Below are positions 29,539 to 38,535 of a stretch of DNA of 64,000 nucleotides, in pieces. The notes below the pieces were generated by a model. The model saw only the letters and a list, made by a program, of their open reading frames with translations. It made no database searches and was not told the DNA's origin. The stretch is from NCBI GenBank assembly GCA_041658325.1, contig JBBAAI010000001.1, forward strand, positions 279,266-343,265, in the 5' to 3' direction. A program made the position numbers and the translations under genes. This DNA is from Minisyncoccota bacterium. GTDB lineage: Bacteria > Patescibacteriota > Minisyncoccia > Phycocordibacterales > UBA9973. Position 1 is the first letter of the stretch, and the number at the start of each line of letters is the position of its first letter.

Positions 29539-29937
29539 ATGATAAATGACGTAAAAAAGTATTATTTTAGCGAAGCTGTGGCAAAAGAAATAGGAGTTGA
29601 AGAAGCTATTATGTTTAGCAACATATTCTTTTGGGTTAATCACAACAAAAAGAAAAAGAGCGATTATCATTATTATCAAGGCAAGTATTGGATGTTTAAT
29701 ACTGTGCTTAAATTTAAGGAGCAATACTCTTTCTGGACAGTTGCAACAATTAGAAGAATTCTTAATAACCTCCAAAAGAATTCTTATATAGAAGCTGGAA
29801 GATTTAACAAGCATGGGTATGACAAAACCAAATGGTACACAGTTGCCGAAAAAGCCTTTGATGTTGTTGAGAACGACAAAGACTTTGTTGAAACCATTAA
29901 TTCGTTAAGCGAAGAACAGCCAACCAATACCAGATAA
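29539..29937 (+). CDS. phage-type replication initiator N-terminal wHTH protein, possibly truncated
   Basis: AKEIGVEEAIM...WVNHN...GKYWMFNT...WTVATIRRILNNL...FNKHGYDKTKWYTV pattern of phage replication/DnaD-associated proteins. Confidence 0.65.
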   Translation: MINDVKKYYFSEAVAKEIGVEEAIMFSNIFFWVNHNKKKKSDYHYYQGKYWMFNTVLKFKEQYSFWTVATIRRILNNLQKNSYIEAGRFNKHGYDKTKWYTVAEKAFDVVENDKDFVETINSLSEEQPTNTR

Positions 29938-30133
29938 TATACACAAATAGTATACACATATAGTAATTGATATTATTCATCTCTCCTGCGGATAGATGAA
30001 CCCCCTATAAGATTTATATTCTGAACAGGAATAAATATCTTGGTTGGCCTAATACGATTATGGTGGTGCGAAGTTAAAACTATTTAGGTGGTTTTTTCCA
30101 ACAATGCGTCAAAAATAAATTAGAAATGATATA

Positions 30134-30400
30134 ATGAAGGAGCTACACGAAAGGTTAATAAGCGAAATTAATTTTATGCCTAGAGAGGGGCAACGAGACC
30201 TTTTGTGTAGCTACAGAAAGTCGCTTCGTTGTCCCTCTTTCGGTATTACTAATAACACGCCTGAAGATGCATCGCTAGATTATTTGGCAAGTATTCTGGT
30301 TGGGGCATTCTTGGATAAAAAAGAACATGAACATAACCAATTACACAAATCAAAAGAAAGCAGTAATATATTGCCGAGTATCAACCAAAGAACAAGTTGA
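30134..30400 (+). CDS. small ORF overlapping the recombinase start
   Basis: 88 aa; amphipathic EDASLDYLASILVGAFL segment; start uncertain. Confidence 0.4.
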   Translation: MKELHERLISEINFMPREGQRDLLCSYRKSLRCPSFGITNNTPEDASLDYLASILVGAFLDKKEHEHNQLHKSKESSNILPSINQRTS

Positions 30401-31880
30401 CGAAGGCAACAGTTTAAGTACCCAAGAGAAAATCTGTAGAGAATATTGTTTTAAAAATGAATATGATATTTTCCAAACTTTTCTTGAGCAAGGGGAAAGT
30501 GCAAAGACGGCAGACCGTACAGAGCTTCAAAAGCTTCTTGCCTTTTGTGCGGATAAAAAGAATCAAGTAAAAGCAGTAGTAATTTATAAACTGGATAGAT
30601 TGTCTCGCAATACAGATGATTATAGTCAACTTCGTCTTTTACTAAAAAGATATGGAGTGGAAATTAAATCTACATCAGAACATTTTGAAAATAACCCTGT
30701 AGGTCGTTTTATGGAGAATACTATGGCGAATATCGCACAATTTGATAATGACATCCGCTCTGAACGCTGTGCTGGTGGAATGAAAGATGCCATGCGTGAT
30801 GGTAGGTATGTGTGGATGGCTACGGTGGGATATGACAACGTAAAAATAGCAGGGAGGGCAACTATTGCACAAAACGAAATAATGGCTCCATTGATAAAGA
30901 AAACATTTGAACTTATCGCCTTAAATACTTATCCAACGGAAGAAGTTCGAAGAATGATAACAAAAGAGGGGTTGTTAAATCGTAAAGGAAATCCTTTTTC
31001 AAAGGGATATTTTTATAAAATGCTTACCAATGAACTTTTTGCAGGGTGGATTGTTAAGTTTGGAGAAAGGCATAAAGGTACTTCTTTTACACCGATTATC
31101 TCGGAAGAACTTTTTAACCAAGTACAAAGGATATTAAAAAGAAAGGGGAGAAAACATTCTGCTTATCTTACAGATAATCCAGATTTTCCACTTCGTAAGT
31201 TTATAAAAAATGATACAGGTAAAGTACTAACGGGTAGTTGGTCTAGCGGAAGAGATAGAAAATATCCTTTTTATCGTTTTGGTAACGACAAATCAAGTCT
31301 TAATAGAGATACTTTTGAAAAAGACTTTAAAGAATTTATGGATAGATATAAATTAGATGAGAAACATTATCAAAAACTTAAAATACTTGTCCGAGACAAT
31401 CTTACAAAAGCAACATCTGAGCAGAGGAAAGAAGCCGAGCAACTTCAAAAACATATTGATGAATTAAATGAAAAACAATCTGCAATCATTAAGAAGAATC
31501 TTGATGGGGTAATTAATGATAATGTTTTAAAACAACAGCTAGAGCTTATTGAAAATCAATTAACAGATGCAACAGCTTCTCTTTCTAACATTCCAAATAG
31601 TGATGCTGACTACGAAAAGATGCTTGATTTTATGGAAGAATATTTAAAACAACCAAGCAAGATATGGTCTGAAATAAAAAAGGTAGGGATAAAAATTAAA
31701 CTTCAATGGTTCCAATTTCCTTTAGGTTTGACGTTTGAAAATAAAATATTTGGAACCAAGGAAGTAGCTAGTGTTTTCAAAGTAAAAGACGCTTTTTCAG
31801 CGTCTTCGTACTCTAGGGTGGACCGTACAGGACTCGAACCTGCCACCCCCTCATTGCAAATGAGGTGCTCTACCAGATGA
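30327..31880 (+). CDS. large serine recombinase (integrase)
   Basis: AVIYCRVSTKEQ catalytic motif, EQGESAKT, VYK-like IYKLDRLSR, recombinase domain PIISEELFNQVQ and coiled coil; 3' end runs antisense through tRNA-Ala. Confidence 0.95.
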   Translation: MNITNYTNQKKAVIYCRVSTKEQVDEGNSLSTQEKICREYCFKNEYDIFQTFLEQGESAKTADRTELQKLLAFCADKKNQVKAVVIYKLDRLSRNTDDYSQLRLLLKRYGVEIKSTSEHFENNPVGRFMENTMANIAQFDNDIRSERCAGGMKDAMRDGRYVWMATVGYDNVKIAGRATIAQNEIMAPLIKKTFELIALNTYPTEEVRRMITKEGLLNRKGNPFSKGYFYKMLTNELFAGWIVKFGERHKGTSFTPIISEELFNQVQRILKRKGRKHSAYLTDNPDFPLRKFIKNDTGKVLTGSWSSGRDRKYPFYRFGNDKSSLNRDTFEKDFKEFMDRYKLDEKHYQKLKILVRDNLTKATSEQRKEAEQLQKHIDELNEKQSAIIKKNLDGVINDNVLKQQLELIENQLTDATASLSNIPNSDADYEKMLDFMEEYLKQPSKIWSEIKKVGIKIKLQWFQFPLGLTFENKIFGTKEVASVFKVKDAFSASSYSRVDRTGLEPATPSLQMRCSTR

Positions 31881-31891
31881 GCTAACGGCCC
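31819..31891 (-). tRNA. tRNA-Ala(UGC), integration target
   Basis: Reverse complement GGGCCGTTAGCTCATCTGGTAGAGC...TT-TGC-AA...GGTTCGAGTCC...CGGTCCA; G3-U70 identity pair. Confidence 0.96.
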
Positions 31892-32043
31892 ATATTATTT
31901 TTTCAATCCCGCTTTTCTTATCCTATGTTGCTTTTACGAGGCGCTACAAATGAACTAATGGCCCATATTTACCCAAAGATATTCTATCTTATTTTGCCAA
32001 TAATGCAAATTTTTTTATTATTTTTTAGTGTACAATAAGTAAC

Positions 32044-33072
32044 ATGCTTTATAAATTTTTTACTAATTCAGAAAGAGCTTGGCAGGCGATGTTTGAGAGT
32101 ATGAAGGGGGCTCAAGTATCAATATATTTAGAAATGTATATTTTTGTAGATGATATGCAAGAATTTAATTTTTTAAAATTATTGAAAGAAAAAGCAAAAA
32201 ATGGAGTTAAAGTAAAAATAATCTTAGATTCTTTTGGTAGTTCCGATTTAAGCAAAAAAGCAATCTTAGGCTTAAAAGATGCAGGAGCAGAAGTTTTCTT
32301 TTTTAGTAACTTTTTACATCGAACGCATCGCAAAATCCTTATAGTAGATGAAAAGGTGGCATTCATAGGAGGAGTTAATTTTCGACAAAATATGAATAAA
32401 TGGAGAGATCTAGTAATAAGGGTGGGAGGTCGTTTGGTTAAAAGTGCTATTCGTTCTTTTGCTAAGGCTTATATTGTTTCTGGTGGTAAAGACCAATCTT
32501 TGATTGTATTGAATAAGGAGGTTGTTTCTTCAAGGGCTAGAGCTTGGCTTATAGAGCATTTTCCAATTAGTAAAAAATTTCGTTTAAAAAAAATTTACAA
32601 AGAAGCACTTAGAAATGCGGGGGAAAGTGTTTTTTTAATTAGTCCGTATTTTATCCCTAAATATTGGCTTATGCGAGCGATGCATCGAGCTGTGTTGCGG
32701 GGAATAAAAGTCGAAGTATTTATTCCCAAAATTACTGATAATTTTTTTGTTGATCGGGTAAATTATTTTTTTATATATAAAATGTCTAAACTTGGAGTAA
32801 ATTTTTATCTTGGTTCCAAAATGAATCATGCTAAAGCGTTGATCGTAGATGAAAAGGAGGGGATGGTGGGAAGTAATAATTTAGATCGTCTTTCTTTTGA
32901 ATTTAATTCTGAAATTGGAGTTTTTATAAAAGATGAGAAAGCCGTTCAGGAACTTTTAATAATTGTTAATCAATGGAAAAATGAATCTACTCTGTTTGAT
33001 TTAAAACAATACAGGCCTAGATGGATTGATTATTTACTATCACCTGTTATTTATTTATTGTTTTTTCTTTAA
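32044..33072 (+). CDS. cardiolipin synthase-like phospholipase D
   Basis: Two HKD motifs: HRKILIVD and HAKALIVD...GSNNLD. Confidence 0.92.
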   Translation: MLYKFFTNSERAWQAMFESMKGAQVSIYLEMYIFVDDMQEFNFLKLLKEKAKNGVKVKIILDSFGSSDLSKKAILGLKDAGAEVFFFSNFLHRTHRKILIVDEKVAFIGGVNFRQNMNKWRDLVIRVGGRLVKSAIRSFAKAYIVSGGKDQSLIVLNKEVVSSRARAWLIEHFPISKKFRLKKIYKEALRNAGESVFLISPYFIPKYWLMRAMHRAVLRGIKVEVFIPKITDNFFVDRVNYFFIYKMSKLGVNFYLGSKMNHAKALIVDEKEGMVGSNNLDRLSFEFNSEIGVFIKDEKAVQELLIIVNQWKNESTLFDLKQYRPRWIDYLLSPVIYLLFFL

Positions 33073-33095
33073 TTTCTGATAATATAAGAATAAAT

Positions 33096-33170
33096 TCCGG
33101 GGTAGCTCAGCGGTAGAGCGGTCGCCTGTTAAGCGATTGGTCGTAGGTTCGATCCCTACCCCCGGAGCCA
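33096..33170 (+). tRNA. tRNA-Asn(GUU) with encoded CCA
   Basis: TCCGGGGTAGCTCAGCGGTAGAGC...CT-GTT-AA...GGTTCGATCCC...CCCCGGAGCCA. Confidence 0.96.
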
Positions 33171-33227
33171 GTGTCTTTGTGCTACAATAATTATTGTAGT
33201 AATTTATGGAATAGCTTAGAATTTTTT

Positions 33228-33743
33228 ATGAAAATATTTCACAAACTCTCCTCAATTTTATATTTTAGAAATTTTGTTTTTGGAGTAGAGGACAGTCTTG
33301 TCTCTACGGTTGGGTTGTTGTCGGGAATAGCAGTTGCCGACGTTCCCAGACAAACCATTTTACTTACCGGCGGAGTATTAATCTTCGTTGAGGCTGTTTC
33401 TATGGCGGCCGGTAGTTTTTTGTCTGAATATTCAGCCGAGGAATACGCAAGCCAAAGCGAAAAAATAACAAGAAGCACCCTGGTTTCAAGCGCAATCATG
33501 TTTTTCTCTTATTTTATTTCTGGTTTGATCGTTTTGTTTCCGTACATGGTTTTTGTGGTTCCCGAAGCGCTTAAGATGTCTATAGTATTGTCGATATTTT
33601 TTCTTTTTCTTCTTGGCGCGGTAGGGGCAAGAATTTCCAGAATTGGTATTTTAAAAAATGGCTTAAGAATGGCCATCATTGGTGGAATGGCAATAATTGT
33701 TGGAATTGTGGCGGGTAGTTGGCTTTCTAGCTTAAATAGATAA
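33228..33743 (+). CDS. VIT1/CCC1-family transporter
   Basis: RNFVFGVEDSLVSTVG...AVSMAAGSFLS with multiple TMs; ATG 33228. Confidence 0.85.
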   Translation: MKIFHKLSSILYFRNFVFGVEDSLVSTVGLLSGIAVADVPRQTILLTGGVLIFVEAVSMAAGSFLSEYSAEEYASQSEKITRSTLVSSAIMFFSYFISGLIVLFPYMVFVVPEALKMSIVLSIFFLFLLGAVGARISRIGILKNGLRMAIIGGMAIIVGIVAGSWLSSLNR

Positions 33744-33775
33744 TATATATAAAACTAAAAATTATATTTTCTCTT

Positions 33776-34210
33776 TTAGATTTTTTCTAAAACAATCGTA
33801 AGATTTTTTATCTGGCCCTCTTGTACGCTCACTTTCTGTCCTGGTTGAATTTTATAACCAGAAGGAAAACGATTCATGTTGAAATAAACATAGTAATCAC
33901 CAGGCGCAAGTTCAAAATTTGCTGTTCCGTTGACGTTGGCTTCTTTAACCCCCCAACTTTCCGGTGGTCCCGGTCGAACTCCGACATCAATTTCAATCCC
34001 TACCATTGGTTGATTGCTAGAATTCTTAACCGTTACTTCTAATATTCCTTTTCCACTCGGAATACTAGTGATTTTTGTACTATCATTTTCCTGATTGCCA
34101 ACAGTGGGATTACCTTGATTACTACTTGAAAAATTTTGCAATGGAACAAAGTTGCCCAGTAAATATCCAACAACCAAAAAAACGATAACGATTATTGATG
34201 TTTTAACCAT
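33776..34210 (-). CDS. exported protein with a carboxypeptidase-regulatory-like beta-sandwich
   Basis: Signal/TM; GILEVTVKN...NGTANFELAPGDYYV. Confidence 0.7.
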   Translation of the reverse strand: MVKTSIIVIVFLVVGYLLGNFVPLQNFSSSNQGNPTVGNQENDSTKITSIPSGKGILEVTVKNSSNQPMVGIEIDVGVRPGPPESWGVKEANVNGTANFELAPGDYYVYFNMNRFPSGYKIQPGQKVSVQEGQIKNLTIVLEKI

Positions 34211-34362
34211 ATATTATATTCTTATGTATTACTATTAATTACTTATATTATACCTCTTCACTAGTCGGAAACAAGTTTTTATGCTTTCCAGCTAGTGGGG
34301 TAAATATATCGCATTGTGATATAATATAATGATAGTTTTATTATTAATTTGATATAAAAAAT

Positions 34363-35235
34363 ATGATTACAAAAAATTTTTTATGGTTATCTGCCTTTGT
34401 CTTTCTTGTAATTGGTTTTTTCGCCGGTCAGTATTTTGGTATTATCCCAGTCTTCGCTAGTGATAATGATCAAGATGGAATAATCGATTCGAAAGATGTT
34501 GATGACGACAATGATACTATTTTTGATGTGGATGATAAACAGCCATTTGATCACGACAATGACGGGATAGAAGATGACGCCGATGACAGTGATGGTAGTG
34601 AGGTTAAGGTGACAGAAGATAAAAAAGATGACGGAGATAATGAAGAGAAAGTAGACGATATAGGAGCAGTATCTTCAATTTCTGTTTCTGGAAAAGAAAG
34701 TTCTGTGATTTGGTCAGTAGTAGGGTATTCAAAAAATGGATTTAAGATTATTTGGTCAAAAAGTAGCAAGCCGACATACCCTACAGGAGAAAAAGATAAA
34801 TATATTTATTTGTCTGATCCAAAAAGTAGAACCGCCAGCTTAGATGCTTTTAATGGTCCTGGTACATATTATGTGAGGGTGTGTGAATATCTCGGTAGTG
34901 TGTGTGGAGTTTATTCAAACGAGATACGTGTTTCTTTAGGTGATAGCAACGATTCTAAACCCGTTTCTTCAATTTCTGTTACTGGAAGCGGTAGTTCTGT
35001 AGCTTGGTCAGTGGATGGGTATTCAAAAAATGGATTCAAGATTGTTTGGTCAAAGAATAGTCAACCAACCTATCCTACTAGAGAAGGAGATAAATACATA
35101 TATTTATCAGAACCAAACAGTAGAAATACAAGCTTAGATGCATTTAGTGGATCTGGTATGTACTATGTAAGAGTGTGTGAATATCTTGGTGGTGCATGTG
35201 GGGTTTATTCAAATCAAATACAAGTTTCTTTATAA
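34363..35235 (+). CDS. secreted protein with acidic DxDxDG Ca-binding repeats and two tandem Cys-containing domains
   Basis: Signal peptide; DNDQDGIID/DHDNDGIED; repeated GYSKNGFKIxWSK...YYVRVCEYLG..CGVYSN. Confidence 0.8.
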   Translation: MITKNFLWLSAFVFLVIGFFAGQYFGIIPVFASDNDQDGIIDSKDVDDDNDTIFDVDDKQPFDHDNDGIEDDADDSDGSEVKVTEDKKDDGDNEEKVDDIGAVSSISVSGKESSVIWSVVGYSKNGFKIIWSKSSKPTYPTGEKDKYIYLSDPKSRTASLDAFNGPGTYYVRVCEYLGSVCGVYSNEIRVSLGDSNDSKPVSSISVTGSGSSVAWSVDGYSKNGFKIVWSKNSQPTYPTREGDKYIYLSEPNSRNTSLDAFSGSGMYYVRVCEYLGGACGVYSNQIQVSL

Positions 35236-35253
35236 ATTTAATTTTAAAAAACT

Positions 35254-35442
35254 ATGCAAATTTTTAGAGATTGGACTTTTAAGTGGTGGGAGATAGCTCT
35301 GATAAAGATTTGTCTTCTTTCCTTGGGTATTTTATTGGGTTTATATTTTTATGATTTTTTAGTAAGTCTCTTGCAACTTTGGTGGGTATTGTTTGTGGTG
35401 ACCGCGGTCTATTTTGTTACTAGATTTATATCTGGAAAATAA
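35254..35442 (+). CDS. small membrane protein
   Basis: 62 aa with two hydrophobic helices. Confidence 0.65.
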   Translation: MQIFRDWTFKWWEIALIKICLLSLGILLGLYFYDFLVSLLQLWWVLFVVTAVYFVTRFISGK

Positions 35443-35507
35443 AATTAATTAAATTGTATGTTACAATGAGGGCGTCGAGGATTATTATCTTAATTTTGTA
35501 AATTTTT

Positions 35508-35867
35508 ATGGAAGAAAAAAACGATGTAAACGTCAGTGGCAATTCTAGCCCTTCTAGTAAAAAGGGGAATCAAACTATTATGGGGGTGCTCGCATATCTT
35601 GGTATTTTGATTCTAGTTCCATTTTTCATGGCGAAAGAAAATCCTTTTGTTAAATTCCACATCAAGCAAGGTTTAGTATTGGTAGTAATTGAGTTAATAA
35701 TCTGGGCACTTCGTCCGATGTTTTGGTCATATCCCATGTCTTCATTTATACAAATTCTAGATCTTGCCATTATCATTTTTATTATTATGGGTATTATAAA
35801 TGTTGTGCAAGGGCGAGAGAAAGAGCTTCCTTTGATTGGACAGTTTTCTCGCTACTTTTCTTTTTAA
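35508..35867 (+). CDS. DUF4870-family membrane protein
   Basis: LAYLGIL...PFVKFHIKQGL...GREKELPLIG. Confidence 0.85.
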   Translation: MEEKNDVNVSGNSSPSSKKGNQTIMGVLAYLGILILVPFFMAKENPFVKFHIKQGLVLVVIELIIWALRPMFWSYPMSSFIQILDLAIIIFIIMGIINVVQGREKELPLIGQFSRYFSF

Positions 35868-35894
35868 GAAAAAGGATTGTTGACAATCGTTGAC

Positions 35895-36467
35895 ATGAAA
35901 AAAATACTTGAATATAAAAGTTTGTTTTTGATAGTTTTAGTTATCTTGAGTTTTACCTCAATTATATTTTTAATTAGAGGAGATGAAGATACTTGGATTT
36001 GTGAGAATGGGCAATGGATAAAACACGGGAATCCAGATATTCCAATGCCAAGTAATGGTTGTGTAAAAGACAATAAAGACACTAGAAGAATTTCTCTCTA
36101 TTTTTATAATTCGAAGCAAGATAAAGATATTTTATGTAGTCCAGATGCTGTTTTGCCCGTTGAAAGAGAAATTCTTTTAAGTCAAACACCTATTCAAGAT
36201 GCAGTTAATTTATTACTCGAGGGAAAGATAACTCAAGAAGAAAAAGAAGCAGGATTTTCTTCAGAATTTCCATTAGAGGGAATAAAATTAATTGGAGCAA
36301 ATTTAAAAGATGGGATGCTTACCTTGGAGTTTAATGATCCACTTTTTAAAACCATAGGTGGTTCTTGTCGTGTTGGTTTGCTTTGGAATCAAATTGCAAA
36401 AACAGCCAAACAGTTTGAGGGAGTGAATGAAGTTGGATTTTTTCCAGAAGATCTTTTTCAACCGTAA
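35895..36467 (+). CDS. GerMN-domain protein
   Basis: TM; AVNLLLEG...GGSCRV...QIAKTAKQFEGVNEV. Confidence 0.8.
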   Translation: MKKILEYKSLFLIVLVILSFTSIIFLIRGDEDTWICENGQWIKHGNPDIPMPSNGCVKDNKDTRRISLYFYNSKQDKDILCSPDAVLPVEREILLSQTPIQDAVNLLLEGKITQEEKEAGFSSEFPLEGIKLIGANLKDGMLTLEFNDPLFKTIGGSCRVGLLWNQIAKTAKQFEGVNEVGFFPEDLFQP

Positions 36468-36503
36468 TTTTTTTATTGTTTATGTTATAATTTATCGAAA
36501 GAT

Positions 36504-37280
36504 ATGAAAAAATATATTATAATATTGCCTATTTTATTCGCTTTAATAATTTCTTCTATAGTTTTTTATTATAGGTTTGATCCCTCTTTACTCACTAAAC
36601 TTTCTTTTTATGCAAGTTTAGCAAATCCATCCATGCGTATCGTAAGAGTAGAAGAAGGATTACGTAAAGAAGAAGTGGCTCAAATTTTAGAAAATAAACT
36701 TGATTGGAGCGAAAAAGACAGGATAGATTTTATAAATAGTACTAAAGTAGAGGGGCATTATTTTCCTAAAACTTATTTAATATATAAAGATGAAGAACCA
36801 TCGGTAGTTAGTGCTACTATGCTTGATGAATTTTCAGCACAAGTAAGCAAAGTTAAAAAACCAAAATCAAAACAAATAGTGAATGAAGATACAGCCATAA
36901 AGATCGCTTCAATTATCCAAAGAGAAGCTGGAGGAAAGAGCGATATGGCTTTGATCTCAGGAATTATTTGGAATCGTATTTTTAATGGAATGAAATTACA
37001 AGTAGATGCAACCTTGCAATATGCTAAAGGTAACGAAGAAGATGGTTGGTGGGGAGAAGTAAACCCGGAAGATAAAAAAATAAAATCCTCTTTTAATACA
37101 TATTTACACGAAGGTCTTCCTCCTGGAGCTATCGCCAATCCAGGGATAGCTGCTATCAATGCTGCCTACAATCCTCAAAAAACAAGTTGCTTATTTTATT
37201 TGCACGATAAAAAAAGAAGAATCCATTGCGCTAAAACTTACGAGGAACATAAAAAAAATATTGAAATTTATTTAAAATAA
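36504..37280 (+). CDS. mltG: endolytic transglycosylase (MltG/YceG family)
   Basis: EGHYFPKTY, IASIIQRE, MKLQVDAT and NTYLHEGLPPGAIANPG. Confidence 0.9.
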   Translation: MKKYIIILPILFALIISSIVFYYRFDPSLLTKLSFYASLANPSMRIVRVEEGLRKEEVAQILENKLDWSEKDRIDFINSTKVEGHYFPKTYLIYKDEEPSVVSATMLDEFSAQVSKVKKPKSKQIVNEDTAIKIASIIQREAGGKSDMALISGIIWNRIFNGMKLQVDATLQYAKGNEEDGWWGEVNPEDKKIKSSFNTYLHEGLPPGAIANPGIAAINAAYNPQKTSCLFYLHDKKRRIHCAKTYEEHKKNIEIYLK

Positions 37281-37284
37281 AAAA

Positions 37285-37308
37285 ACGGCGGTCCCAAAGG
37301 GCCGCCGT
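37285..37308 (-). terminator. GC-rich terminator of the high-GC secreted gene
   Basis: ACGGCGGTCCC-AAA-GGGCCGCCGT with an A-run on the left (U-tract on the minus strand). Confidence 0.7.
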
Positions 37309-37332
37309 ACTCGCTTCGCGAGTTGATGATTT

Positions 37333-38535
37333 CTAGTTTGAGATTGGAATTTGAGGATTCTCGGGCACTGGCTCCGAGACTCCATTTTTGTTGCTGACAA
37401 CCCTGTAGAAGTACAGGGTATTGTTCAGCAATGCTCCGGGATCAAAGAACGCCAACATGGTGTTCCCTCCGGAAGCAACTAACGACCAGGGACCGTTTGG
37501 GGAAAGAGCTTGATAGATCAAGTATCCGTCTACGAGTCCGACGCCCGTCCCGCACGGCACTTCGGCCGTTTGAGCAATCCAAGATCCCTTCACGTCCGTT
37601 CCTGCTGATTTTGACACCAGAAGGAGAGTCATCGGAGGTTTCCCAGTGCATGTCGGAGTAAGAACAGATGTGGTGACTGACGCCACGTTTCCGTAGCTGT
37701 CAGAGTTTCTGATCTCGATAGAATGGAATGAACCATTTACGAGACCATTAACTTGAAGCGGGGATGTAGGGGTTCCCATAGACACCCCGTTATCAAACAC
37801 CTCCGTGCTGATGATACGAGGGTCAGGTGTTACGCTCCAATCGACATAGATACTGGAGTTGTCGTAACTTCCGATCACATTTGTGGGTGCGTCCAGTGGA
37901 GCATCCCAATACTCAAAATTGGTCAGCCAGACTCCGCTCAACCCAACTGAAAGGTCGGAGATGAATCTAATTCGAAAGATCACATTCGAACCTACGAGGG
38001 TTGATTCTCGAAGGTCCACTCTGATCTTCGTGGATGTCATGGTGCCGGAGTAGGCTTTGGAGATACCTGACCACACGGACCCCACCATGGTTGCGTTGTA
38101 TGTGGGGGTTAGAATACCTCCCACCGTCGTGAATTCAAGCCAGGTTGTGCCGAGGTCGGGCGAGATCTCTACGATCCAGCCGTCGTGTTTGTACTCATTG
38201 GCCCCATTGGCCTGAAGAAAAGCGACGGACATATTGGTGACGAAGAATTGTTGACTCCCGTCGCCGATTTGCAACGTGGAGGTAACCGCCGTCGTTGGAT
38301 CTGGCATGAACCAGGCATAGCTTCCGTTGACATAAGTAGGCATCCAGTTCCAGGAGGGGTTGCTTGTTGCCGGAGTCCATGTCTCACACGGACTCGTGTT
38401 CGGTGATGTGGACGAACTCGCCATCCAGGCAAAGTTGTCCGAACAAATGCTAGCCGACGGTTGCGGAATGGTAGCCCACGTCGCCATGGACACCAAGGTA
38501 ACCAACAGGAACAAAACCAACCCCTTCGTTTTCAT
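37333..38535 (-). CDS. secreted beta-rich protein (jelly-roll plus Fn3-like domains), atypically GC-rich
   Basis: SD GGAGG before MKTKGLVLFLLV signal peptide; DGWIVEISPDLGTTW, IRFISD...GVWL and YFYRVV. Confidence 0.7.
   Translation of the reverse strand: MKTKGLVLFLLVTLVSMATWATIPQPSASICSDNFAWMASSSTSPNTSPCETWTPATSNPSWNWMPTYVNGSYAWFMPDPTTAVTSTLQIGDGSQQFFVTNMSVAFLQANGANEYKHDGWIVEISPDLGTTWLEFTTVGGILTPTYNATMVGSVWSGISKAYSGTMTSTKIRVDLRESTLVGSNVIFRIRFISDLSVGLSGVWLTNFEYWDAPLDAPTNVIGSYDNSSIYVDWSVTPDPRIISTEVFDNGVSMGTPTSPLQVNGLVNGSFHSIEIRNSDSYGNVASVTTSVLTPTCTGKPPMTLLLVSKSAGTDVKGSWIAQTAEVPCGTGVGLVDGYLIYQALSPNGPWSLVASGGNTMLAFFDPGALLNNTLYFYRVVSNKNGVSEPVPENPQIPISN

Larger units (their letters stand above)
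24017..31823. mobile_element. 7.8 kb integrative element inserted in the tRNA-Ala 3' end (serine recombinase)
   Basis: GGTGGAC direct repeat at 24017-24023 and 31817-31823; terminal large serine recombinase; LexA-like repressor, replication-like gene, DUF3892 and hypothetical cargo. Confidence 0.85.

Noticed and set aside
24017-31823. Complete prophage or conjugative element
   Set aside because: No capsid, terminase, tail, lysis, relaxase or T4SS genes are recognisable, and it is only 7.8 kb.
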